DNA of 21,320 nt from Promethearchaeota archaeon (GTDB lineage: Archaea; Asgardarchaeota; Lokiarchaeia; Sigyniarchaeales; SOKP01). Shown piece after piece: positions 8,143 to 17,639 of this stretch. The stretch's first letter is position 1. The number at the start of each line of letters is the position of its first letter. The stretch lies in contig JABCSY010000069.1 of assembly GCA_018238625.1 (NCBI GenBank), positions 1-21,320 of the forward strand, read 5' to 3'. Position numbers and translations under genes: made by a program. The notes beneath the pieces are model-generated. The model saw only the letters and a program-made list of their open reading frames with translations. It had not been told where the DNA came from and did not search any database.

Positions 8143-9801
8143 ATGGCTATTAAATTTATCAAGAAGAAATTCTATGTTTATTTTGTTATTGTTCTCTTCA
8201 TCGCGTCTTTAAATTTAGTTGTATTGAATCAAAATCTAAACGTTGCAGAACAACAAACAATGATTAAAACCTCAACCGTAATTCCTCATACAAAAGAATG
8301 GCTTGTAAATAATGGTTTTGAAGGCTCGATTGATCCTTGGTTTTATAGCATAGAAGGTGACTCTTCCGATGTTAATGCTACTTTCAGCCCGGGTCAAGGC
8401 AATTTAGAAATCACTGGAGATCAAGGATACTTTTCAGAGATTTCAGGAACACCAACTTCGGACGATTGGTTAAACGTTACAAACCCTGCTTTCCCTGCTT
8501 TGCCAGATTATCACGGAATTGATGAATATGGGTGTGAAGCAAATCATACATGGATCGATCCTGATGATACAAACCAATCTCCAAGCGTTCATTGGCAACG
8601 AAATATAACAATGCCTATTAATATGGCAGATTATGTAATTTCTTCTGCATCTATTTCTGCAGTTTATAACGCATCAGTTACAACTCAACCTGGAGGTGAT
8701 CCAAACCCAAGTGACTATTATGGAGTAGATTGTCCTGGTGATGCCGTTCAAAATGCAGGTGATTACGATAGTGTTAGATTTTACATATTAATCTCAGATT
8801 TGGAAGATAACGAAAAATATGAAGTAGCGTGGTATCAAAGTACAGATTTAGGACAAGACAGTCCAGAAATTAGTAATATCACAGATAGTTTGATGAACAC
8901 TGTAGTAGAAGAAGCATTAATATTTTATTTAACCTCTCTTTTTGAGCGAGATAACTATAACTTTAAAGTTACTCTAGGAATTAGAATCAAATGTGTTGAT
9001 AATTGGAATTACGATCGTGATCGATGGGATTCTTTAAGAATTAAATCGTGTAATTTATCTTTTAATTATGTTAAAAAAATTAACCAATTCACAAGCGTTT
9101 CTTGGAACCAGATTGGAAACAACATTACGGGTGAGAATTTACAAATTACTGAGGCTAATCTCAAATTTAAGTATAAAATAGACCAATTATGGCCTACTGA
9201 TTTATCTCCAAACTCAGAAATACAAATTCTGTTAAACAATAACTCCCACGAAGAAGCTCTTAAACTGAATCTAGCATCAACCGGATTTCAAGAAGCGAAG
9301 CAAGGCGGTTTTAACGTTACTAAGTTGATTCTGAAAAATGTTAACATTGGACTTTCTATTCAAGTATATCTAGCAGATGGATTTTTATTAAATCGTTCAA
9401 TTGTTATATCGATTGACGATGTATCTCTCGTAATTTCATACATAGAAATTCGCTCAGATGTATTCGGTGAGCCAGAGATATTCCGTCTTCTAGCAATTAT
9501 TGCTGTAATTGCTGGAGGAATCGTAGCTACATATTTCGTGTTGTATCAAAGAATATTTAAATATCCATTACCAGTAAGAAAAGTGCGAAAATACAAAAAG
9601 ACTTTGAGAGCGGCTAATCCTCCAAAAAAACACATAACAAATAGTAAAGATGCTTTTAATAAGTTGTATAAAAAGGAATTAACTAAATCAGCAAAATATA
9701 CCAAAACTAAACCAGTATCACAACTTGATAAAATACATAAAAGTGTCGATACGAAAAAATCAACCAGCATTAAAAATACAGGAGGGTTAGAGCAGAAATG
9801 A
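8143..9801 (+). CDS. Membrane-anchored surface glycoprotein, paralog 2 (ectodomain type B, tail type Y)
   Basis: Same architecture: WLVNNGF, PSVHWQRNITMPINMADY, TM, then KYPLPVRKVRKYKKTL. Start placed at ATG 8143 because the track's GTG 8134 lies in a GTGA SD-like motif. Confidence 0.85.
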   Translation: MAIKFIKKKFYVYFVIVLFIASLNLVVLNQNLNVAEQQTMIKTSTVIPHTKEWLVNNGFEGSIDPWFYSIEGDSSDVNATFSPGQGNLEITGDQGYFSEISGTPTSDDWLNVTNPAFPALPDYHGIDEYGCEANHTWIDPDDTNQSPSVHWQRNITMPINMADYVISSASISAVYNASVTTQPGGDPNPSDYYGVDCPGDAVQNAGDYDSVRFYILISDLEDNEKYEVAWYQSTDLGQDSPEISNITDSLMNTVVEEALIFYLTSLFERDNYNFKVTLGIRIKCVDNWNYDRDRWDSLRIKSCNLSFNYVKKINQFTSVSWNQIGNNITGENLQITEANLKFKYKIDQLWPTDLSPNSEIQILLNNNSHEEALKLNLASTGFQEAKQGGFNVTKLILKNVNIGLSIQVYLADGFLLNRSIVISIDDVSLVISYIEIRSDVFGEPEIFRLLAIIAVIAGGIVATYFVLYQRIFKYPLPVRKVRKYKKTLRAANPPKKHITNSKDAFNKLYKKELTKSAKYTKTKPVSQLDKIHKSVDTKKSTSIKNTGGLEQK

Positions 9802-11438
9802 ATAAATCGCGAAAAAACAAGAAATCAGTATATTTTATAACGCTATTTTTAATTTTTGGTATGATCTTCTTAAGTTCTTTAAATATTCAAAACCAGAATC
9901 TAAAGAAAAATATGGAGTATAATACGCTTAAACTTTCAACAATAAAAGAATATCAAAAACAATGGTTGAAAAATTCTAATTTTTCAATACCAGTTGATCC
10001 ATGGGAAAGTCAAGTTCAAGGAGACGCTTCTGATATAAATTCCTTTTCTAGCGTTGGTCAAGCAAATTATGAAGTTATAGGGGAACAGAGAAGTTATTCA
10101 AATATATCTGGTACTCCTTTAAGTTCAGAATGGACGAAAGTTCATAATCCTGAATTCCCCTTATACCCAGATACATCCACAATAAATTCTGATGGTTGTT
10201 ATGTTTCTCATACCTTTGCAGAAGGAGCTGATCAATTTCCAAGCGTTCATTGGGAGAGAAATGTTTCAATGCTAGTTGATATGGAAGACTACATAATAAC
10301 TTCTGCCTCTCTTTCAGCTGTAGTAAATGCTTCAGTTACAGCTTCCCCGGGAGATTGGGGTGGGGGGGGGATAGAAGCTCCAGGTGATGCTACAGGTTCT
10401 GGTAGTACTCAAAATTATACATGGGATTATGTTAGGTTCTATGTATTATTATCAGATTTGACGAAAACTAAAGTCTATGAAGTTGCATATAATCAAACTA
10501 TTGATCTTGGGACAGATTTAGCTGGTGCAACTGATACAATGCTTGATACATTTATGGCAACAGTATCGGAAGAAGATTTGATTTTTTATCTCACCTCCAT
10601 TTTATCAAGTGATTTTCAAAATTTTACAATTACTTTAGGAATTCGAATCTGGTGCGAGGACAATTGGTGGAGTGACCGTGATATATGGGACGCTTTACTT
10701 ATAAAATCTTGTAATCTCACATTTACTTACGAAAAAAAGATTGATCGCTTTACAACAGCATCCTGGAACCAAATTGGAAACACGATCAGTGGAGAAAATA
10801 TCGAAATTACTGGCGGAAACCTCAAATTTCAATATAAAATTGACCAATTATGGCCAGTAGGTTCATCTCCAAATTCGGAAATACGCTTTTTTATAAATGA
10901 TAATTCTTTGTTAGAAACTATTAAGTTAAGCTCAGCAACCACCAATTTTCAAGAGGCAAAAACAGAAGGTTTTGATGTAACAACATTGATTTTAAAAGAC
11001 GTTAATATCTCAGTTTCAATTCAAGTATTTATAGCAGACACTTTTGCGTTAAATCAAAACATCACTATTTCGATAACAGATGTGTATTTAGAGATTTCTT
11101 ATACGGAGTTCATTCGTGACACTGAAGAAACACCTTGGTTTTTTAGTGGAATATTTATAATTGCTCTCATAGCGGTAGGCGCATTATCGGGGTTTTTAAT
11201 TGCTTACATTAAAGTATGGCGATATCCCGTTCCTGTTCGAAAGGTCCGTAAATATAATAAGACTTTAGCAAAAGAAAAAGGTCCTGATTTGAAAATTGTT
11301 ACGCGTAAGACTGCTTTCAATAAGAATTATCACGAAGAGCTAAAAAAAACAGACAAAATTCTAACAGGCACTCAGATGGATGGAAAAATATTGAAAGATA
11401 AATTGCTCGACAAAAAAGAAGGGGCATTACCAAAATAA
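9798..11438 (+). CDS. Membrane-anchored surface glycoprotein, paralog 3 (ectodomain type B, tail type X)
   Basis: ATGA overlap with paralog 2 and GGAGGG at 9781-9786. WLKNSNF, PSVHWERN, TM TPWFFSGIFIIALIAVGALSGFLIAY, then RYPVPVRKVRKYNKTL. Confidence 0.85.
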   Translation: MNKSRKNKKSVYFITLFLIFGMIFLSSLNIQNQNLKKNMEYNTLKLSTIKEYQKQWLKNSNFSIPVDPWESQVQGDASDINSFSSVGQANYEVIGEQRSYSNISGTPLSSEWTKVHNPEFPLYPDTSTINSDGCYVSHTFAEGADQFPSVHWERNVSMLVDMEDYIITSASLSAVVNASVTASPGDWGGGGIEAPGDATGSGSTQNYTWDYVRFYVLLSDLTKTKVYEVAYNQTIDLGTDLAGATDTMLDTFMATVSEEDLIFYLTSILSSDFQNFTITLGIRIWCEDNWWSDRDIWDALLIKSCNLTFTYEKKIDRFTTASWNQIGNTISGENIEITGGNLKFQYKIDQLWPVGSSPNSEIRFFINDNSLLETIKLSSATTNFQEAKTEGFDVTTLILKDVNISVSIQVFIADTFALNQNITISITDVYLEISYTEFIRDTEETPWFFSGIFIIALIAVGALSGFLIAYIKVWRYPVPVRKVRKYNKTLAKEKGPDLKIVTRKTAFNKNYHEELKKTDKILTGTQMDGKILKDKLLDKKEGALPK

Positions 11439-11643
11439 TAGATTTCCTTTCTATATCTGATGCAAAAAAAGTAACTCTAAAAATACTAATTTTTTCTTAC
11501 ATTGTAATCCAATGATATTAATAAGATCTAGACTAAATATTAAATGTTAAACTAAATTATTAATAAGTATTTCCTTATAGGAATTATTTAGTCTAAAATT
11601 TTAATAATTTAAAATTATTTAAATTTGGTAAAGGGTGAATATT

Positions 11644-14600
11644 ATGGTTATTAATAAAAAGACCAAGGCAAAACATGTTATTGCACTTTTATGTCTCATT
11701 TTTATTGGGAATCTTTCAAATATTTTCATGTTAAACTTAAATAGTCATAATAATGATTTAAGAGATATTCACCCCAAATCTGAAGGAATTATTCAAGATG
11801 ATTATACTATTGAATGGCTAGATAATCCTACATTTGAGACTCCAATAACGCCGTGGTATAACGCAACTCAAGGAGATACATCTGATATAAATGCTACTAC
11901 AGATCTCAACCAAGCGAATTATAAAATACTGGGCGATTCAGGAGTATTACAAGTTGATGACGCTTTGAGTAGTTCAGATTGGACTGTTTTTCGAAATCCA
12001 GGAAGACCTGTTTTACCAGATACTTATGGTATAAGTTCTGCTGGCGCTGAAGTATACCACCTCTGGGATGAGGGTGTAAACCAAACGCGTAATACGCCTA
12101 GTATTCACTGGAAAAGAAATATTCAAATGCCAGTAAATATGTCTGATTATATTATTACTTCAGCATCATTAGAAGTAGTTTTTAACGCTACTGTAACTGT
12201 TTCACCTCATTCAAGCGGAGGTATAGATAGGGAGGGTGATGCGGGATTGAGTGCTTACGCAATTGGTGATTTTGCTGAATTCTATATTTTAATTTCGGAT
12301 ATTAATAATACTCAAGAATATCAATTGGCATATTATCAAACTGTTGATTTAGGGCAAGACGACCCAGCAACCCCGAGTATTGCAGATACTATTCTAGATT
12401 CTGTACCTGAAGATGTCTTAATTAGCTTGTTATCAGCGGTTTTAAGTATTGATAATTATAATTTTACCATAACAATGGGAATTGATATATACTGCGAAGA
12501 TAATGAATATGGAGCAGATGAAGATGAATGGAATTCACTATTAATGAAATCACTAAATTTAACATTTAGTTATAGGAAAAAAATAGATAAGTTTACTTCA
12601 CTCTCATGGAATCAAATTGGAGATACAATCAGTGGAGCAAATATTGATATTAAAAATGCTACACTAAATTTTAAATATAAGATTGATAAGACTTGGACAG
12701 AAGAATCTCCAAATTCAGAATTAAGGTTTTTCATTAATAATAATCAGTATCCAGAGGCTGTTAAATTAAGTACAGCTACTGCTATATTTCTAGATGCCAA
12801 AGTAGGGGGATTTGATGTAACCAATCTAATCTTAAAGAATGTTAATATCACTCTTTCAATTCAATTGTATTTAGCAGATACATTTCCTTTAGATCAAGAA
12901 TTCACTCTTTCAATTGATAATGCATCGCTATTAATATCTTATACTGAAACCACTATTGAAGAGACAACCAGTTTGGAGATTTTTCTAAATGACGAGGATA
13001 AAACTTTAGAAAAATCAATTGAAGTCACTATGGGTAATCCGGTTAATATTACTACTATATATAAAGATTCAACAGACAATTTTATACAATATGCTACAGT
13101 ACAGTTGGGGGGATTAGGATTACCTAAGAATTTAACAGAAAATAGTTCGCTGGAACATTATAATATTACTATTCATTCTTCGAACTTGCAGATTGGTAAT
13201 AATTACTTAACTATATCTGCGAGTAAAAAGTATTATGAATCAATAGAAGTTCTAATCAATATCAAAGTACTTGAAAGAAACACAGATTTACAACTCTTTT
13301 TAGATGGGACAAACAAAACCCTGGATAAATCTATACAAATGATATATGGGAATGATGGGAACATAACAATATCATACAAAGACATTGAACAACTCCCATA
13401 TACTCATATCGATGGAGCAACTGTTGAATTAATAGGGTTAGCTACCCCAGAAAATTTAACAGAAGATCCCTCAAATGAACAATATTTTATATTAATCAAC
13501 ACTATGGATCTCGGTTTAGGTAACAGTTTCCTCACTGTTAATGCATATAAAGAAAATTATACTACTCAATCCATTCGTTTTAAAATAGAAGTGCTTGAGA
13601 GAAATTGTTATATAGATAACATAAATTTAAACGGAATTGAAGCCATATCTATAGAGATTCCTTGGAATGAAACTTTAAGCATTTCAATATCTTATAATGA
13701 CAGCTTTACAAATGCTTTTATAGACGGAGCTTTGGTACAACTTTCGGGGACTGGAATTTCTGAAAGCTTCACAGAAAATTCACCAATAGAATATACTTTA
13801 GATATCAACACAGCATTAATGGCGCTTGGCATTAATTTTCTAACGATTTCAGCTAATAAAGAGAATTACACTCTTTCTTCGAGAATAATTTCTATATCTG
13901 TCATTGAAAGAGACACTAAAGTTGATGTTTATCTAAATGGTACGCTGTCATCTAATTTTGAATTTTACAATATTTCTATTGGAGAAAAATTAAACATTAC
14001 TGTTTTTTATAAGGATTTGAACACAGACGCTTTCCTTAATTCTGCGAATGTTCGACTCATTGAATCTGGGATTCCAACAGATTTAACTGAGAGCTTAATC
14101 TTTAACCAATATTATATCACTATAAATTCTGATGATTTAGGAGTAGGAGTCAAATTTTTAACTATAAGCGCAAAAATAGAAAATTATACATTAACTTCAG
14201 AAGTAATAACACTTATAGTAAATGAAAAGAAAACTCAACTACTACTTTTTCTTAATGGATCTCAGTATAATAATGGAGATACTATCGAATTGGAAATAAC
14301 TGATAAATTAAATATCACTGTAAAATATCTAGATAACATTACGAAAGAATATCTCGGTGGTGCAGATGTTGATATAATAAACCAAGGAGATATGACAGAA
14401 AATGCATTACTAGAGCATTACAATATAACGATAGATATAATTGATTTAAATAGCACTTTAAATAGGATGGTCATCCGTGCTCAAATAGAAAATTACCAAA
14501 CAGCCCTTATTGAGTTTTTCATACAAATTATTGAAAGAGGGTCCACTGGCGAGCTTTTTATCAACGAATTAAATAAAACCGCAGATCCTTATATTGAGCT

Positions 14601-15468
14601 TACTATAGGTTCTCTTCTTAATTTAACTATCAAATATAGTGATATACGAACAGAAAATCATATTTCAGGTGCTATTGTTCAGTTAAATGGAGATTTAACG
14701 GGTTTGTTATCTGAATATATAGCTTTAGAACAATATTCTATAATAATAAATACGACTGATTTGGGAGTTGGATTAAATATCTTTACTATAATTGCGGAGA
14801 AAGCAAATTTCGAGTTGTTTTTAATCCAAAAATTATATGTAATTGTAGAGAGAATACATACAAATATTACAACAATTTCAGGGGAGTCAAATATAGTTAT
14901 AAGACCCGGCGAAAGTGTTAATTTAAGAATTGTAATAAACAACTTAGACTTTGGAGGTTTAGTGAAGGGGGCTAGTGTTACATATAGATGGGCTCGTGGT
15001 GAAGGTTTCTTAACTGATAATGATAATGATGGCATATATACAGTATTATTAACAGATATTCCGGAAGGTTCATTCACTCTTACAATAAATGCATATAAGG
15101 GTGAAGATTACGATTTTACATCATATGAACTGGTAATTAGTGTTATTAGACCGGCAGAAGAAATATTACTTTTTCAAATACTAATGATTGTTTCAAGTAT
15201 AGTTGCAGCGAGTGCGTTGATTTATCTATATCTATATCAAAAGGTATTAAAGTATCCTAAACAAGTTAGAAAAGTTAGAAAATTTAAGAAAACGCTTAGA
15301 AAAACAAAAATTCCAAGAATTGATATAACGGAGAGAGAAAAAGCTTTCAATGTTGAATACAAAAGTGAATTAAATAAAACATCCAAATTATTAAAAGTAA
15401 AACCCGTAGAACAAATTACTAAACCAGAACAAATTATAAAGAAACCAATTGAAACTTCTAAGAGTTAA
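11644..15468 (+). CDS. Large membrane-anchored surface glycoprotein, paralog 4 (ectodomain type A, seven Ig-like repeats, tail type Y)
   Basis: Head domain starts WLDNPTFETPITPW, followed by a ~730-aa repeat stalk, TM and KYPKQVRKVRKFKKTL. Start placed at ATG 11644, 5 nt after GGGTGA (SD); the track uses GTG 11635. Confidence 0.85.
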   Translation: MVINKKTKAKHVIALLCLIFIGNLSNIFMLNLNSHNNDLRDIHPKSEGIIQDDYTIEWLDNPTFETPITPWYNATQGDTSDINATTDLNQANYKILGDSGVLQVDDALSSSDWTVFRNPGRPVLPDTYGISSAGAEVYHLWDEGVNQTRNTPSIHWKRNIQMPVNMSDYIITSASLEVVFNATVTVSPHSSGGIDREGDAGLSAYAIGDFAEFYILISDINNTQEYQLAYYQTVDLGQDDPATPSIADTILDSVPEDVLISLLSAVLSIDNYNFTITMGIDIYCEDNEYGADEDEWNSLLMKSLNLTFSYRKKIDKFTSLSWNQIGDTISGANIDIKNATLNFKYKIDKTWTEESPNSELRFFINNNQYPEAVKLSTATAIFLDAKVGGFDVTNLILKNVNITLSIQLYLADTFPLDQEFTLSIDNASLLISYTETTIEETTSLEIFLNDEDKTLEKSIEVTMGNPVNITTIYKDSTDNFIQYATVQLGGLGLPKNLTENSSLEHYNITIHSSNLQIGNNYLTISASKKYYESIEVLINIKVLERNTDLQLFLDGTNKTLDKSIQMIYGNDGNITISYKDIEQLPYTHIDGATVELIGLATPENLTEDPSNEQYFILINTMDLGLGNSFLTVNAYKENYTTQSIRFKIEVLERNCYIDNINLNGIEAISIEIPWNETLSISISYNDSFTNAFIDGALVQLSGTGISESFTENSPIEYTLDINTALMALGINFLTISANKENYTLSSRIISISVIERDTKVDVYLNGTLSSNFEFYNISIGEKLNITVFYKDLNTDAFLNSANVRLIESGIPTDLTESLIFNQYYITINSDDLGVGVKFLTISAKIENYTLTSEVITLIVNEKKTQLLLFLNGSQYNNGDTIELEITDKLNITVKYLDNITKEYLGGADVDIINQGDMTENALLEHYNITIDIIDLNSTLNRMVIRAQIENYQTALIEFFIQIIERGSTGELFINELNKTADPYIELTIGSLLNLTIKYSDIRTENHISGAIVQLNGDLTGLLSEYIALEQYSIIINTTDLGVGLNIFTIIAEKANFELFLIQKLYVIVERIHTNITTISGESNIVIRPGESVNLRIVINNLDFGGLVKGASVTYRWARGEGFLTDNDNDGIYTVLLTDIPEGSFTLTINAYKGEDYDFTSYELVISVIRPAEEILLFQILMIVSSIVAASALIYLYLYQKVLKYPKQVRKVRKFKKTLRKTKIPRIDITEREKAFNVEYKSELNKTSKLLKVKPVEQITKPEQIIKKPIETSKS
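12961..15150 (+). repeat. Seven tandem ~104-aa Ig-like beta-sandwich repeats
   Basis: Recurring NIT(V/I)xYxD...GAxVxL...LTE...YxIxIxxxxLxxG...LTIxAxxENY pattern. Units end VLER, VLER, VIER, VNEK, IIER, IVER and VIRP. Confidence 0.8.
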
Positions 15469-15606
15469 AAATCAAATCACTATAATAAATTAATTTTTTA
15501 TTTTTCAATTTTTAATTTTCATTTAATATAACTTTTTATTGGGTATTATAATTTTAATCTATACTAAAGAAAATTGAAATATTATCATAACTTAATGATT
15601 TTATAG

Positions 15607-16668
15607 ATGAGTTCTAATATTAAAATTTTTAAGTTAAATTATTCTGGAACCTTTAAGGAAATTTCAGAAGAGAAAATACTCCTTAGCTTTACTCTGTTTG
15701 ATATTTTAACGTTTTACGTGCCAGATCAAAGGTTAATGTATATTTGGATTGGGAAAAAAGTCTCCCAAAGCTTGAAAAAACTTATCCCACAAATACGAGG
15801 AGCTATTTCAAGTGAGTATCCCGAATTAAAAATTTTAAGAAACATTACAATCGAATCGGGATTAGAACCTGCGGAATTTTTAAGTATTATTGGGATTACA
15901 GAAGAGAGATTGAAAGCTAGAATTAAAAAACTAGAGATAGACTTGTTACCAATTCTCTCTGAAATAAACAGGTTAAAAGAAAAAGTAGATAAATATTTCA
16001 TTTCAGAAAATTATAATATGGCAATTGATGCCGCTCAGAAAATTGTTAACCTTGCCAAGGATATAGACGATGATTCTCTTGAGCAAGATCAAATAAATTT
16101 TATCAACGAAGCTCGAGCGAGAGAGAGCGCCAGCGAGATTCTCCACCAAATAGAGCACAATAGTAAGGAAGCGATTAAGAGATTTGACCAGTTAGTGGAA
16201 GTAGAGAATTATCGAGAGGCACATAGCATAGCGGAACATTTCAAAAAAAAATACGATAATGAATACGACATTTCTTCGATTCCCTTAGCCCAGCAATTAA
16301 TATTAAAAGACGAAAACATGATATATAGTTTGAAAATCGAACAAACAAAGATAAAAAAGGAAATTGATGAATTCTACAATTCTTTCAAGACAGGTCCCAA
16401 TAAAGGTAATTTAAAGCAAGCAAAAGAATTTTTTGGAAAGATTAAAGCTGAGATTAAGAATTTATTCGATGATGATGTTATAAATAGTTTGAAACAATTT
16501 GAAACCCAATATAATGAAGCAAAAAAAGAAACAGTTAGTGAGATAGCTCAAGTAAGTATGGAAGCCCTTAATAATTTGGAAAAAGGTGAAATATCTAAAG
16601 CTATAGAAATCTTTGAAAAAATTATCAAAAAATTAGAATTTACCAATAAAACTTTGACGGGTGCATAG
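15607..16668 (+). CDS. Gelsolin-domain protein with a C-terminal helical/coiled-coil region (Asgard 1DGelX-like architecture)
   Basis: The first ~97 aa show gelsolin-repeat hallmarks: IKIFKL, DILTFY..., MYIWIGKK and IESGLEPAEFLSII (xxGxEPxxF). The remainder is amphipathic helical with TPR-like AIDAAQKIVNLA and AIEIFEKII. Confidence 0.75.
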   Translation: MSSNIKIFKLNYSGTFKEISEEKILLSFTLFDILTFYVPDQRLMYIWIGKKVSQSLKKLIPQIRGAISSEYPELKILRNITIESGLEPAEFLSIIGITEERLKARIKKLEIDLLPILSEINRLKEKVDKYFISENYNMAIDAAQKIVNLAKDIDDDSLEQDQINFINEARARESASEILHQIEHNSKEAIKRFDQLVEVENYREAHSIAEHFKKKYDNEYDISSIPLAQQLILKDENMIYSLKIEQTKIKKEIDEFYNSFKTGPNKGNLKQAKEFFGKIKAEIKNLFDDDVINSLKQFETQYNEAKKETVSEIAQVSMEALNNLEKGEISKAIEIFEKIIKKLEFTNKTLTGA

Positions 16669-16670
16669 TA

Positions 16671-17639
16671 TTGGATTTAAACTCAGACAAAGAGACTAAT
16701 AATAAGAAAAAAATAGTAGTTCTATCTAAAATTGATGAGTTGAAAGTAATAGCGAATAACCACTATCTAATGGGAAAGTTTGATGACGCAATAAAAGTAG
16801 CAGAAGAAATAATGGATATAGCCGAAGAGGCTAAACTATATTCTATGGTAAGGGAAGAAGGAGAGTTCATTGCGGACCTTTATAAAAAAGTTAAAGAAAA
16901 TAATAAATTTATTGAAATTGAAAATCAACAAAATACTCTAAAAAAACAACTTGAACCATTAGAAATCCAGTTTAATAGCTATATAAGTACTAATAATCTC
17001 ACATTAGCAGAAGAAACGTTAGAACAAGCAAAAAAACTTCTGGAAAAGCTTAAAGATACCGAAACGCTGAAAATGTGGGAAACTTCTGAAGCAATGTTTT
17101 TAGAATTAAAAAAAAGAATTGATATCAATGAAGACATTGAACTTTCCTTAGCAGAAGTTTCAGGATTAATAGATAATTACGAATTTGATAAGGCAAAACA
17201 AATACTTAACTCTAAAATAGAATTATTGCAAAAAGAAGATTTCTCAGATTCTCAACAGAAATTAAAAATAAAAATGAAAAGTTTAGTTGATGCTGAGGAT
17301 AAATATATTAAATTAGAAGAAGAACTAAAAGATTTAGAAAGCGAAATTAAACAAAATGTTTCTCAAAATCAATTTGAGCAAGCAATAAACAATATTAAGA
17401 AAATTATTAAAATTTCAAGATTTATTGGTAAAAATCATTATTTAGAGAAATATACTGAATATATTGATATTATTGAAAATAAGATAAGGGAAGTTTCCAA
17501 AAGCGAAGAATTTAAAATTAAGGTTAACAATTTAAACATCCAAGGTATCGAAGCCTTGAAATACGACGATTATTCTGGAGCTCTTGAAATATTTAAAGAA
17601 ATATTGTCCCAATTAAAAGCTGTATTTAATAAAAAATAG
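16671..17639 (+). CDS. Helical/TPR-like coiled-coil protein, paralogous to the non-gelsolin part of the upstream protein
   Basis: Starts 2 nt after the upstream stop, with a TTG start and a GGGTG SD. LSKIDELKVIANNHYLMGKFDDAIKVAEEIMDIA aligns with upstream LSEINRLKEKVDKYFISENYNMAIDAAQKIVNLA. ALEIFKEILSQL aligns with AIEIFEKIIKKL. Confidence 0.7.
   Translation: MDLNSDKETNNKKKIVVLSKIDELKVIANNHYLMGKFDDAIKVAEEIMDIAEEAKLYSMVREEGEFIADLYKKVKENNKFIEIENQQNTLKKQLEPLEIQFNSYISTNNLTLAEETLEQAKKLLEKLKDTETLKMWETSEAMFLELKKRIDINEDIELSLAEVSGLIDNYEFDKAKQILNSKIELLQKEDFSDSQQKLKIKMKSLVDAEDKYIKLEEELKDLESEIKQNVSQNQFEQAINNIKKIIKISRFIGKNHYLEKYTEYIDIIENKIREVSKSEEFKIKVNNLNIQGIEALKYDDYSGALEIFKEILSQLKAVFNKK

Noticed and set aside
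6299-15468. Diversity-generating retroelement acting on the receptor array
   Set aside because: No reverse transcriptase, and no near-identical TR/VR pair with adenine-specific mismatches. Paralog differences look like ordinary divergence.
6299-15468. True integrin or cadherin homologs
   Set aside because: No GFFKR or NPxY tail motifs, FG-GAP repeats or cadherin DxNDN linkers were seen. Only a functional analogy is proposed.
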